A stretch of DNA of 63,933 nt, the filler included, from Choristocarpus tenellus KU-1152 (Eukaryota; Protista; Phaeophyceae), in assembly GCA_964200185.2 (NCBI GenBank). It is 11 parts of 11 records of this genome, joined end to end, with 100 filler letters (N's around TTAATTAATTAA, not from the genome) between each part and the next. Parts side by side here need not be neighbours in the genome. Positions count along the whole stretch, not along the records: positions 11,052 to 15,346 come from CAXNAD020015240.1; positions 15,447 to 18,881 come from CAXNAD020020048.1; positions 18,982 to 24,129 come from CAXNAD020011714.1; positions 24,230 to 28,626 come from CAXNAD020014736.1; 7 more parts are not named here. One strand, 5' to 3'. This document shows positions 13,306-26,693 of this stretch, one piece after another. Made by a program: the position numbers and the translations under genes. Below the pieces are notes generated by a model. The model did not search any database, was not told the origin of the DNA, and was given only the letters and a program-made list of their open reading frames with translations. Every line of letters starts with the position of its first letter. Positions within the stretch are counted from its first letter, which is position 1.

Positions 13306-16300
13306 TCCTATGACTCTATAGTTTTGCGAGACTGCTGTTGAAAGACGAGGGATTGTGTTAACGTTATTGTGTTAACGTTCACCTCCAAAACACCCGGATG
13401 TAATGAAAAAAAAATGTTCTCAGAGACGTTTACGCGGAGTTCCTTCGTCATGGTACAGGCGTTTGCGATTTGGTTTGCCGTCCTGATGTTGTGAAGTCAG
13501 CAGTCAAAGTGAAGGAGGAGAGGCTTTGCCTTGTGGAAGGGGCAGCGGATTGGGAGGGGAGGGGGAGGAGCTCCAACTTGGGGCTGAAGGAAGAAGAGGA
13601 GGAGTTGCCGGAGGTGAGAAAGTATGATGTTGTTAGTCATATTGATATTACAATGTGCTTTGAAGTAATTTTATTGTTATTTTTTTATTGTATGTTTGTG
13701 GTATGATCTAAACAAGACCTGTGATCAAAGTGGTAACGCAATGAATAAGATAGGGAGGGAGGGAGGGAGGGAGGGAGAGAGAGAGAGAGCTGTAGCAGGA
13801 GAGACAAGATATGTCATTTTTGTGAGTATGTAGAGGTTGGAACAAATGAACGATAGAATTAAGATAAAATAAAAAGAGAATAGTGAGAGAAGGAAGAATA
13901 GAAGAACGAAGAAAAGGCCACGAGTGCTTTGATTCTTGTAATAGTGGAGTCGGATGCATTAATCTCTCTACTATTTTTACTCTGGAAGTAATGTGTTTTT
14001 GTGTCTGATTGATTGTTTATGCCTCGCGGTGTAAAGAGACTGTGGGGTCTCTTCTGACCCAGTGCTGCTCAATTTTTTTGGCGATGTTTCCGCCCCTACC
14101 TACCCCTTGCTGTGTTGAATGTACGCTGACTTATACAGCAGGAGATCGCTACTCTTCCTCCTTGATGCAATCCCTTTTTTTTCGACTGCAATGTGGAAAT
14201 TGGTAACAGAACACAAACACCAAGAGTGTTTTACATCATATACTTCCATCACACGCTTCTCCTTCATCTTCTGCATAGCTCATTCCCCCCTCCCCCACCC
14301 CCCACTCACCCCCCACCCACCACCCTCCCGGTGTTCACTCGTCTCTCTGCCAGGGATTCCATTGGGCAGAAGACACGTGGTGTGGAGTTCCACAAGACCA
14401 GTCAGCGTTATTATTCCCACGTTACCTTCCGCAAGGGTTGGATTCTCCAAGAGGAGGCGTCTCAGCGCCTCCTGCCCTTCCTCATCTATCCCTTGCTCTC
14501 AAGCTCGCCAGGAAAAATGCCCTATCGGCAGTCCCTTCACTGGTTCAAGATTGTTCAGCTGGAGTCGGAACAGGATTGGGGATGCCACTGGGGAGTACAC
14601 AGGGTCCACAAGTAGTTGCTAGCATTCGATCAGTGTTTGGCCCTGGGTGGCACAGGTCTGGGCAGAATGGTTTTGGTGATACTCAAATGCCGGGGGGGGT
14701 ATGGCCAGCCCAGGGGTCTGCCATGGGACAGGAGGAGACGTTCGATACGTTTTTGTTGGGTCGTCTTGTGGTGAACCCCTCCAGCAAGGTTATGGAGGAA
14801 ATGGGGGTACAGGGTGGGGGTTGTGGGGCTGGAGTTAAACTCAGGAATGCAAGTGAGGTCTGGCTGGGGGATGGTGGGTATTGGGTCCAAGTGTTGGTCA
14901 TCTCCTCACTGCTCGCTGCGTCGCATTCAGGGAGTGACACCTGCCGTCGAGGTGAAGACAAAATCCGGAAGGGAGATGTGCCCATAATTGATGTTGGGAA
15001 AACGTTAGACCGTTCTAGTGGCCACAGAGTTGGACCAGAGCCTTCTTCTTGGTCACCAGCAAAGGTTCAAGGTGACGACAAGGGCTGCCTTTGTTTGGTA
15101 CGCCGGTTTTCCATTTGTACTGAGGTTGTCCTCCTCAGTGGCACTAAGAAGAGTGACAAGGATGAGGTTGGTGGGGTGTTGGGACCTGGTACTGGTGACT
15201 TGGGTGGGTCAAGAGTGGATTCTCTTTCTGGAGGTGGCTGTTCAGAGGTCTTACCGACTACTGGGTTGGTGGATGTTTGCCATGTCGACTGTGGAGGGGA
15301 GGGGGGGGGGAGCTGATGATGAGGCATTGCTTGGTGGGGGATGAGGNNNNNNNNNNNNNNNNNNNNNNNNNNNNNNNNNNNNNNNNNNNNTTAATTAATT
15401 AANNNNNNNNNNNNNNNNNNNNNNNNNNNNNNNNNNNNNNNNNNNNGGGGGAGGAGGGGGTGGGAAGGCGGGCTGTCCTTGGCGATGATAACAATGTTGA
15501 CTTCATTCCATTCTCACAACCACTATGATGTCATTTATTATCTCAGCATATATGCAGTTTATTGGTCTTGTTCCCTTTCAGGCGGGTTTCAGTGTGTACT
15601 GCAAATCAACCTGAGAAACAAATTGGCTATTTAGAGTTTGTGCATTGAAGAGAGAATGATGTGTACTGATAAATGAAATCACATTATTTTGTTTATGTGT
15701 ATGTGTGTGTTTTGCTATTCTTTACGTTGTATTACACTATTATGAGACATTAAAAATATATATTATCTCTTTATTTGTATATTCTTAATGTTTTAGGTAG
15801 GCTTTCTTTGTTTTTTGAATGTTTGTTTGATCACGCAGTTGATAACTCGACAAGTTGTCAGTTGAACAGACCACAAGGTCATGCACTTGAACAAACATCT
15901 CAAGCTCACCTGTCTTCACAATCCTTCTAATCATAGTATTAAATGTTCCCCTCAATTTGTTGTGGGTCATATTCATCCAGTGAATCAAATTCACGCACTT
16001 TCTGAAGCACAGACTAGTACCATAGCAGCTAGTCCAACCACTCCAGGCTGTCAGAATGAATTTGCAAGAGGTCAAGGAAGTCCATCAAGAAGGTCCAGAG
16101 TGCACGACAAAGACAGACGCCATGGAGCTAGTTCTATAGCATCATACAATGTAGAGAAGCAATCGCTGCGTTCTGTAGCGCTCAGAGCAGTCAGTTGTAT
16201 TCTGTACAAGAATGTCATACACGGAAAGTACCATAAACATTGTTGTGTAACGTATCTGATTTGTGTGATTGTTGGACTGGATTTGAATAGAATCCTACCG

Positions 16301-18107
16301 ATACCTAATATGACGCTGACATTGTCATACGGTGGATTTCTTTGTTGAATGTATCTTGACATTTGGTATTGCCAAAGCTCCCTTGTTGTCTTGTAGTTTA
16401 CTTCTCGCGTTGTTCTGTTTTTTCAAAGAGTTGATCTTAAGGACTACTCTTGTTACACATCCTATCATACACAGTTAGAAGGACTACACAACAATATGTG
16501 AAAGTTAGGAGATTGGCCAAGGTATACATGGTTTGTTTGACCACAGACTCTGTTGTGTGACCAACTCTATCAACAGCCACGTTGGATCAAGAAGACAAGT
16601 GCAATTCATTTTCAGTCAAAACTTTGTGGAGTGCATCTTTTGTCAGTCTGGGCATCCAACTTCCTTATCCACCATCACTCTTAATGGCCATGTTCTTGAA
16701 TTATCATTTATCAGGTTGAACCAATTCCTCTGTCCTGGGGGAACATCCCCTACACTTGGTGTGTTGGCCAAGTCTATACAATTACAGACTTAATTGTGAT
16801 AGAAGATTTCCAATACTTGGTGGAATTAGCTCATGGACACTGTGAGATCATAAGAAAAAATGCATGTACACATTAATACAATGTGTGGATGCTAGTATTG
16901 GTAAAAAATAGCAATGTAGGACCCATTCTTCAAGGCTACTTCACAAGAATGAGGAAGTGGTTGTGGCAGTTCAAACCAATAGAACTTTGGAGTAGATGTC
17001 CATTTACATGAGGAAAATGACTGCAACATCCAATACCACAGACTAAAGATGGACCCTGGTGTGCACTACTGAGCCACCGGAGGAATAAAAAATTAATAGA
17101 GAAAACTCAAGTCTATCAAGATTTGTATTTTGGGGTTCACTTCAACTCTTCAACATGATTATTGCGCACAGTTACGAAGTAGCATTGACTATTGTGACTC
17201 GTGCTTAACTCAAACTGGGTCATGCTGTTGTTTCATGGCACAGCGGCTACGTACCATCAAATACCTATTGTATGATGAGGATAACTCAAGCAAAGAGTAT
17301 TGCAGTGGTCGCTCCTGAATGGTATGGGTGTACTCATACAATGTGCAACTTACTCCTGGGGTCTTGTCTGCAAAGAGCTTTAAGAGACAATACTTCACCT
17401 TCCTCTAAATTAATGCCAAAGTTGGGTTCAAGCACAAGCAGGGTATACCCACAACCAGCAACAAAAATCGAACACTAAATATAGAATCCACACTGTGAGG
17501 CAAGATCAGACAAGATGCCAATTTGGGACATGGACCCATGATCCCAAGGACACAGATTCTGAGTCGTAGGCAATTCAGTTGCATCAACAGTAATTTCTTA
17601 AGCATCCCTCACATTGTCTCTCTCTGACCTGGTCAATGCTCACTTAAGGTGGATCATTGTGACAACAAGCCCTGCCAAAGGGATTGTACTAGATTTCTTC
17701 AAAACAAAATCAATAACCAAATTGAAGCCACCTGAAGAGAGCAACCGTGTAACAGCTCACCTATGCAATGTGCAATGCGCGAGTATCCTCTCACTGGTGC
17801 CTTCAGTACAAGCAAAGAAAAGGCTACATATATGGTGAACATACTCTAACATCACGGAATTGGAGGATGGTTTCACAGAGCAAGCTCACCACAGAGTTCC
17901 ATCAGGCATTCAAGTGCTTCAAAGGGCTAAGGACACATGCCAAAACCAACCACGACAGTCACTTGTGGGATTCTAAATCTAGTACAATGCTACGGGATGT
18001 GACAACGTACCTAGTGCAGTAGTTGCACGCTTGTGCTGCTCTGAGGCTGGCACAACCAAGTCAGTCGTGCGAACCTTTTAATCACGCCACAGATGAGCAC
18101 TGGAATA

Positions 18108-18881
18108 TTAGTATCTCCCCCGTCCTCGGCCGCGTCCTCCCCCAAACCCACCCCGGCCGCGGGAAGAGGAGAAACCTCCCCGTCCCCTTCCACCCCCACG
18201 CCCCCCTCCACGTGGTGCGCCTCGTCCCCTGCCTCTCCCATCCCCACGCCCTCCACGACCGCCACCTCGCCCCCCACCACGGGATCCTCCTGAAGCACCC
18301 TCGCCAGTGAACCGGGCGATGGGAAGCAGTTTCTGTGTCCCGATGAAAACCTTGTCCCCTTCCTTGAAGGAGCTTGCGTTCACCCCTGAGTCTGGTTTGA
18401 CTGTGAACATGACTCCGTTAATTGGACCAAGGATCTCGTCAACCTTTCCAATTTTTGTCTTGTTATCAAGGTAGGTGCCCGCATTGAAGTACGGGACCAT
18501 GCTATTTGTCAGTTTGTACACCATCTCGTCTTCACAAGGGTGCATGAAAACTCCAAGCTCTGAGTTGATAATATTAAGGAATGGAGAGGCGGCAAAGGTT
18601 TCTCAATCAGCTATGGCATTAATGTACGTGCCAGTAAATACCCCTCATATCGTAATCTCTATCCTTCCTTTTAAAAATACAACTGGAAAGTCAAGGAAAA
18701 GCCTGCACCCTGGCAGTCAATCATGGCATGCCGCAGGATTACCTACGATCTCATCTGGCGGACCATCATCGTATCCACCACGGCCTCCTCGTCCTCGGCC
18801 ACCGAATCTACCACCACCACCCCTCCCACCCCCCCCCGCGCCCCCCCCAACTCCCCCCCCCTCCCCCCCCCCCCCCAGGGG
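18108..18881 (-). CDS. GAR1: H/ACA ribonucleoprotein subunit GAR1, 5'-truncated by the contig end; exons 18881-18743 and 18559-18108
   Basis: RGG-rich ends; core GPPDEIV/ELGVFMHPCEDEMV...VPYFNA...NKTKIGKVDEILGPIN...KLLPIARF; a 183-bp GT-AG intron keeps the frame. Confidence 0.96.
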
Positions 18882-19401
18882 NNNNNNNNNNNNNNNNNNN
18901 NNNNNNNNNNNNNNNNNNNNNNNNNTTAATTAATTAANNNNNNNNNNNNNNNNNNNNNNNNNNNNNNNNNNNNNNNNNNNNCGCCCCTGCACGTCCCCCC
19001 CCCCCCCCCCCCCCCCCCCCCAGATACTTTGAGTCTTTGATCTCGTATTCTGCTGTGTTGATTTTTATCACGTACACATGATTGTGTTTTCACACATCAG
19101 AGTGTTCCATTGTGTAACACTCGTTTAGCAACGTCATACCACAAAAGCTTGTCAACAGTTCATTGACATTGTATAGAGTTTGTTCGTATCCCCGTTCTTG
19201 AGTATCCTCTGTCTATACAAGATACAGAGACCTATATGCTAGCCCCATATACCTCTCAGGTCGTATTCAGGCTTATTGCATCGCTGATTCTATGTCCTCA
19301 GACCTTGACCATGAGCTTGATGTGATACTGACCATATCCATCAATCACACTCGTATTTGGGCTGACTGATATCCTCATCCCATACTCTCAGACCTAATCT
19401 T

Positions 19402-19924
19402 GAGTGAAAGTATCTTGGAGGGTACGAGTTTTTCCCTGTTTGTCCATTTGGGACTTGGTTTCCCACTGGTTTTTAATGACAGTTTACCTACTGAGTGAAA
19501 GTATCTTGGAGGGTAGGAGTTTTGCCCTGTTTGTCCATTTGGGACTGGGGCTGGGGCACTTCCCACGGGTTCTTTATAATATTTCACCTACTCCAAAATG
19601 TTTTGGGAGTAAGTAAAATGCGTATGTTATGAAAGGTGTGTCTGGAACAAGGATATTGACACTTCCTAACAAACACGATAGCCAAAATTACATCAAAATT
19701 TCAACATTGGATTTTGGCCGCCAAACGGACGCAGCTCTACCCTCTAACATACTTTGACTGACTCCAAAATTTTTTGGAGTAGGTAAAATGTATACGCTAT
19801 GAAAAAGTGTGTCCGGAACAAGGATATTGACATCTCCTAGCAAACACAATAGCCAAAGTTACATCAAAACCGCGACATTGCTCCCGAAATGGACGCAGCC
19901 CTACTCTCGAAGATAAATGGCCTC
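19402..19924 (-). mobile_element. MITE family B, outer copy, interrupted by a nested copy
   Basis: The halves 19402-19492 and 19761-19924 rejoin into the consensus. Confidence 0.85.
19493..19760 (-). mobile_element. MITE family B, nested copy with ACT target-site duplication
   Basis: act|gagtgaaagtatct...catactttgactg|act. Confidence 0.9.
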
Positions 19925-21130
19925 CTCGATTGATATGCTGGTAACATATATCATCAACCTTTAGCTAATGATATCCTGGTTGAATAATCATTAATGCCAG
20001 ATATACATGCTACATCATTTTCTATTAATGAAGTCGTGAAAGATAATGGTGCAATATTGTCTAATAATCGCACATGTTTCCCCGTTTTGCTCCCAAAGCT
20101 CACATTTTGGTTGACCTCGAATCATGTTTAAATAGCTTCAAGGCCGATGAGAAGAGGGGGTGATGTGGAAAGTAGGGTTGTCTGTTATCATGCTGTTATT
20201 GATGTATGCCATATACCACCATACCAATTGAGGTTCTTTGTTAGGAATCTCGGGTTCCAGTGAAGGATCTCTCGTGAGGCTTGAATTCGTGGAATCTCTT
20301 CAAGAGACTAGTCCCAAATATAAGGGACCTCTCTTCATTTAGAGTTATCGATCACCAAAGTTTCTCGTTGTTGTTGTGTTTTGACATTCTGTCGAACAAC
20401 TTCATCCACCCTCCTCACTCCAACATTAGTCTCTTCTGAGCACAAATCCCTTCCTAGCCACCAATTGCCACAAAAGGATGAGATAACACACATGGTAACG
20501 CCAAAAATGTTTAAATACCCGTATTTCCTTACAAAGTTTATTTTTCTAAAATTGCAACTTAAATACTTTTTTTTAAGTCAACAACAGGTACCATCACTGT
20601 CACCAAGTCACCTGAGTCGGAGGGTTACGACACGCCTTAAATCCCAACAGATCGCGCACACGTGTGTGCCGCTGTGCAAGATTAAGCCTCATTTCAACAA
20701 CCCCAACGACAAACTATGGTATGCATGGAAAAATCCATTTCAGTTCTGTCCCCTGAAACACATCCAAACAAATTCCATTTCTAGGAAATACCATAGTTTT
20801 CCATTCAAAATTAAATGTAGCATAACTTTTGCAGCCCCAATGAACAACAAGATTTTTTCACAAGTTCATATTTTATTAGTGTGTTGTGTAGATACTAAAA
20901 GGTTGCCCACCAAAATCTCAAGCAAAATGGGGCAGGTTGCACCTATCTATAAATCCGTCCCAGAAGTCCTCCAAAACTCCGTTCCAGCACAGTATTTCAC
21001 CCATCCACCAGGAGCTTGCCCGCCTTCTCAGCCATTTCCTTACTAAGATCGGGAATTTTGAAGATGTTGCCACCCTTGGACCCCAGCACTTTACCGTAGA
21101 CTGCAGAGGACCTCAGCCTGGAGCAATCTA

Positions 21131-22060
21131 GTGCATCCTAGGGGTACACATCGAATGCCTCCACTGTTGCCTCCACCAGCTCCTCTGTGTTGGTCACCCC
21201 CACGTCTTCCTTCAGTTGCTGGATGGAATTAAGGAATACCAGGTTGTTGACACTGAGGTCAGGTGAATTGGCTGGCTGGGTTTCTATGACAATGTCATCC
21301 CCCACCGCCTCCTCAATTGCCTCCATGACCCCCCCCTTGGTGTGTGGCTTTGCCCTGTCCTGCTGGATGAAGATGGTGGTGTATCCATCTGGTCTCTAGG
21401 CATGTGGGCCCTGATTGCGGGGATGGCATCCTCAGTCATGAGGTTTGTATACCTCTCCCCATCCACCATGGCTGGCACAAGGACCTTGGTGCCCTTGGGC
21501 CGGTGTTGCTGGAGTGCTGAGCGACCTTAGTGTCCACAATTGGCCGGATCCCGATTTCCCCGTCGAACCACACCCCGTTGGAAACCTCTCTAGGGCGGGA
21601 CACAGCTGCAAGGAACACCAACCCTCATAATGTACCCGTAGGGATCTGGGGGGGTCCTCAGTGGGGTGAAGGTACTACTACACACCTTGCCCTTGATGTA
21701 AAACCACTTCTCGTTCACTACTACCCCACTTCCCCCCCTACCGTGAATGTGACTCATGACGAAACTGTTGACTTCCTGTTGTCAAAGAGGACTCATTTAA
21801 TTTAATCCACCATTTGACCATCTTCACCTTCTCTCATGCTTCCACAGATCCCACAAGGCAACGGAAACCCCAGCTTTTGCTGCCCATTTGTGAAAAAATG
21901 TGTGGTGTACCAATGGGAGTCGAGGATACTTGTACAGTAGACACGTCACCCCTTGCAACATTGTACAAGGTCTTTGCTCCTTCAGATGATAGAACACGGT
22001 GATCTGGGTTATCCCGGACTCCTCTGTAATGGCTGCCACCATCCCTCGAGGCATCCGTGT
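21131..22060 (-). pseudogene. Decayed plant-type (DD39D) mariner transposase
   Basis: VNEKWFY, VFLAAVSRPR...FDGEIGIRP, IPAIRAHMP, IQQDRAKPH and QPANSPDLSVNNLVFLNSIQ, spread over frameshifted ORFs. Confidence 0.88.
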
Positions 22061-22088
22061 CTACTACCGCCTCTACTTCTGTCGTGGG

Positions 22089-22181
22089 ATCGGATCGATA
22101 ATGTAAAATTCACTTTTCCCGATTTTAACCCAAATGGACACGCTGGTGAAGAATCCCCCCCCCGCGCAGGTACTTTGGGTC
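22089..22181 (+). mobile_element. MITE family A, 3' half
   Basis: gataatgtaa...cccaaatggacac...caggtactttgggtc. Confidence 0.75.
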
Positions 22182-23277
22182 TGGTATATATGTTGATGTC
22201 AATGCCTTAATTGTTACGAGGAAATTCGGGTTTTGGGCCTTTTTCATCCTAAGACTTTTTTTCCTTTGCGATTTACCCTTGTTTCTATAGATTATAATTA
22301 TTGACGGAACTCGGAAAATTCCCTACACGCAGTTTTGCAAAAATGTCAAAATTTCCACGTGTTTGTCACCTTCCTTAAATGCAATTCTGGGTACCTCTTG
22401 GTTGCTTTGACTCAAAATGTTTTGCTTCTTAATGTGGTGAGTAATTAGTGTCCCACACACGTTACATCCAACTACTACTGCACGCACTTGCTTTTATTGT
22501 CTTACGAGACGCACATAAATGATGTCCATATTGAAGTGGCTGATGACAAGTGAGTGCTAGTCATCAACCAGACCCCTCCTCCATGATTCCTTTAACACAA
22601 TTATCTTCCATTATTGTTCTTATTCTTAGCGTTATGGTCATTCCATGACATATAAAAAATACTGTAACCTATTATCGTTCTACTACCGATCACAATAACA
22701 GTAGTGACACAGAAAACGAGACAGATTTCTACAGAACACAAGGATTCATGACAAAACAAGCTAACCCTAAATATCACTACCACTGAGTGTTGTTCCTCGA
22801 ACATGCCTCAAAATGCTAACAGAGCGCGCACACGCACACGGTACGGCACCAGTTTAGGACTCATTTCAACGAGGTCCCCCACCAGCGACAAACATCCATA
22901 TGCATGAGAAAAATCCATTCCAGTTCTGTCTAACAGAGCCGAACGGCAAGAAAAAATCGAGCTCTTACGAAATATCGCTCTGCGTTTCAGCAAGTAATAC
23001 TAAATCCATAATACTACATGTCACTCACGAGTAGTATCTGCAGTGAGGTGCTAAAAAAAATCCTCGAAGAAAAACGCGTGACACTTGCAGAACTGTCAAA
23101 ATTATTCGGACCAGACTACACCAAAGCCGCCCAGAGACAGATGGGGATCGGGTAGGTTTAATATATGACACCTGGGATAGGGATCCAATCACAGCCATTT
23201 TTGCCACCAGGATTTTTTTTTTAAAGGAGCTTATCCAATATGAGTGCAACACTCATATATCACTCCATCAGATGTAT

Positions 23278-23979
23278 CTATACCAGTGCAGGTGAAGACT
23301 GCGATGAAGTTGTCTTATCCTGTACCTCACCCTCATCGGTAACAGTGGGAGGGGCGTAGGTGCCATACAATAACTCCCCTACACCTCCTCTGCTGCCACT
23401 TGTAGACGTTTGATCACCTAGGGAATACAACAGAACACAAGGTTAAGCGCGACACAGGTCAGTTGAGTTCAGTTCAGCTTATTTTAGGTCGTTGTAACAG
23501 GCACTAAAGTGAAGTGTTTAGAAGAAAATAAATAGAGCCACCAAGCAATAACATCTCACTAGGATAGGAGCATTGCACATGGAGGAAGAGAGGGGAGTGG
23601 AAGTGCCTTCTTCTCGACACACAATACAGGTAACAGCAGACAGATACATATTAATGGTACAATATTAGTACCAACGTTAAATTTGTTAGATACTTCTCAC
23701 GCACAAAGCGGTTAAATACAGCAAAAACTTGATCCCTTCACATCCACACTCACCAGACACATCACTCTCACGTAGGCAGCAGATGACACATGATAAGCAG
23801 CAACAGAAACACCCGGCAACGATGAACGATGGAATAAAGATCACAAATGCAGAATAATCTGCGCCATTTATAGCCGCAACAGCCAGGATGAATGTGACGA
23901 ATGAAAATACCCAGCACCACCAGTTTGAACACACACGAATCCTGATCTTTGTTGCCTGAATGGCCTTTCGCTCATCCTC
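23278..23979 (-). CDS. Last two exons (23979-23754, 23417-23278) of a Cys-rich multi-pass membrane protein, possibly TMEM185/FAM11-like
   Basis: Two hydrophobic segments (WVFSFVTFILAVAAI; YSAFVIFIPSFIVAGCFCCCLSCVICC); phase-consistent GT-AG sites; stop at 23278. Confidence 0.65.
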
Positions 23980-24476
23980 CTGTAGAACAACAAGCACGGG
24001 TACATAGAGCACAGCTCAGTGATTATACACTTTATACTCTTCACTACGGACACATTGTTCCAAACTCAATTTGGGTCAAAGTATCTTAGGGGGGGGGTGG
24101 TTTGTGAGGGGGCGTCCGTTTCGGTCAAANNNNNNNNNNNNNNNNNNNNNNNNNNNNNNNNNNNNNNNNNNNNTTAATTAATTAANNNNNNNNNNNNNNN
24201 NNNNNNNNNNNNNNNNNNNNNNNNNNNNNCATCCAAGGCAGACACCCTTGACAACACATCATTACCGCCCCCGCCCCCGCCCCCTGCACCATCAACAGCC
24301 TGGAGGGTGGTAGCGAGGAGGGAGGAAGCAAAAGCCCATGCGAAGACAGGGAGCGTTGGGGCAGGGGGGAGGATTTGGAGTCACTCTATCCAACTCAAAA
24401 AGGGAATAGATATTTTTTTTCGCACTCAGTTCTGAACGTTTTCTGACAAGAAAACAAAGGTACCACCTCAGGATAT

Positions 24477-25200
24477 GTTAACCCTAACCCTAACCCTAAC
24501 CCTGCAACCCCAACAACAGTCCCTCAACCTAGACTCATAAAAACAAAAAATAAATAAATAAATAAGCGGTTAAGGACGCCTGTGATACTTTAGTCTTGAC
24601 CCTGAAACACCACGATTTGATCTCAGATTGTCCTCGACGAAATCACCTCCGGAGGAGAGGTGAGAGGCCTCTGATTGAGCGACGTAGTCCCCCTCATGTT
24701 TACTGAGTATGTAGCAAACAGTCTAGGGACCTCGGCCAGAACGTTAGGGTTAGGGATAGGGTTAACAGCTGTGACTTTGCTGACATACCAACTAGCTGGT
24801 CACATCACAAAATGCTCTTGCCATTAAGCATAATAATGAGGTGCAGTGAGAAGGGTCGCTCTCCATGTGGACAAGAGCCTGCAACCTCTCTTTGTGTGTC
24901 AAGTGCCCTGGCCCCAAGGCAACTGTGGCAGTGCGCAGGGGAACCTCCCTGTCTTGGGAGCCCCTCATTGTAATATAATTTTTGAAAAACTTTTTTGCGC
25001 CATATTTTTGAAAACCTAACCCTAACCCTAACCCTAACCCAGACTTGTGTGTGAAAAAATATTCCTAACCAGCCAAGGAAACATTCCAGAAGAAGTGGTG
25101 GGCAGGTATAGCGTGCACTGGGGAACCACAACCTCTCTAGGATCTACCACTTTTCACTTTCTCACAATCATTTTCCAGAATCTAACCCTAAACCTAACCC
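24477..25200. repeat. Interstitial telomeric (CCCTAA/TTAGGG) tracts
   Basis: Tracts at about 24479-24503, 24744-24764 (opposite orientation), 25013-25040 and 25181-25200. Confidence 0.85.
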
Positions 25201-26391
25201 GTGTGCAAAGATTAACCCCAAGCTTTATCTCAAGAAGGAAAAAAAGTATGACTGTGGACAGCAGGAGTTCCGGGACACAGGGGGCGTTCTCCTGTGCACC
25301 TCACTCTGTCCAAGGATTTTCCCCTATAGCTGTAGACAGTGGAAATTGTTATGGTGGGTATAGTGGATAGTAGAGTGGCTCACTTGCTTGTCAATGGTAT
25401 ATCCAGACCACCACTGAAGGAGGAAAGGTTTGACTCCAGGGGTCTGTCAGCTTCAGACTCCGAACTGTTGGATCTGAAAGCCCTGCCAAGTGACAAGGTG
25501 AAAGATGGGAGGGTCTTCACCCGTTTGCCACTCTGGAGCCAGTGAGCAGTGATGAGAGCTCACTACGAAGGCGGGTGGGACCTCTACAGTAGTTTCATGT
25601 GACTCCTAACAACTGAGACACATGGGGGTACTGTCTTAGAGGTGATCCTACCCTCTGGTCTGTGGTAGATACACCTCCTATCTGAAGGAGGCTAGAGCAC
25701 CCCACCAAGGAAGGGAACCGGGTGATCTTCAGGCCAAGAAGATTTGTCCCCGAGTGCTCATCTAAACCTCAAGTGGAAGACCTCGAAAGGGGTCATAACC
25801 AAGGGTGGGCTTAGCGTTGCAAAAGTGACCTATTTTGCCACCAGTCACGGAGTATGACATGCAATCATGTCCCCATGGACGAACACTAAGAAACACGTAT
25901 CGAGCACCTTGTCTAGGGTTTGACTCATGTCTACATTCTGAATGGGAGGAAGACAGCCGGGCCCAAAGGGGGCATTCACCAAATGGCCGAGAGGTAGGCG
26001 AGGTGATGTGGATATATGTCCCTGGGAGAGAGAGAGAGGGGTCGAGGAGAGCCATGCAGGAAAGTCGACCGGGATGAACAGACTTCACCGGTGGCAATGC
26101 TGCTGGTGAACTTAACTCTACAAACAACTTGGTTACCCCCCAAAAAAATCAGCACGTGGAGGAGCAGTCATCCCAAAACAAAGTGACAGTCAGAAGATGA
26201 CAATGAAGCTGAGGGTGTGTGTGTGTGTGTGTGTGTGAGTTAGGTTGAAAGAGCTGTACTGGCTCACCCCGCCATTAGTTCGTCATTGGGAAATAGAATC
26301 GCACTGCTTTAATTCTCACAGGTGGACCACACTAAAAACTAGCATCAAAATGCGACCCCCCCCATCTAGGAGCTCGCTTTGTATCAAGGTT

Positions 26392-26693
26392 GGGCAAAAG
26401 TACCTTGAGAGGGTACGTACGAGTTCTGCCCTGTTTGTCTGTTTGGGGCTCTTTTGGCTTCCCACGTTTTTTTTTAATTAAAAAAATAAAAAAATAAAAA
26501 AATTTCCTACTCCAAAATGTTTCAGAGTCAATCAAATGTACACGCCATGAAAATGCAAGTCCGGAACAGAAAAGGATATCAACACTTCCTGACAAACACA
26601 ATAGCCAAAATTACATCAAAATCACAACATCGGATTTTGGCCCCCCAAAACGGACACGGCCCTCTACCCTCTAACCCTAAGATACTTCGGCTC
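26392..26693 (-). mobile_element. MITE family B
   Basis: Reverse complement of the consensus; both TIRs recognisable. Confidence 0.85.

Noticed and set aside
14119-15344. Long overlapping ORFs of up to 292 aa
   Set aside because: GC-rich low-complexity frames on both strands with no recognisable domain; probably decayed repeat
15785-18000. Cys-rich decayed minus-strand coding region, possibly a KDZ/CxC transposon
   Set aside because: Stops in all frames and no convincing ordered motifs
20381-21046. 221-aa plus-strand ORF
   Set aside because: Overlaps non-coding repeat and the antisense end of the mariner; no domain or coding-like composition
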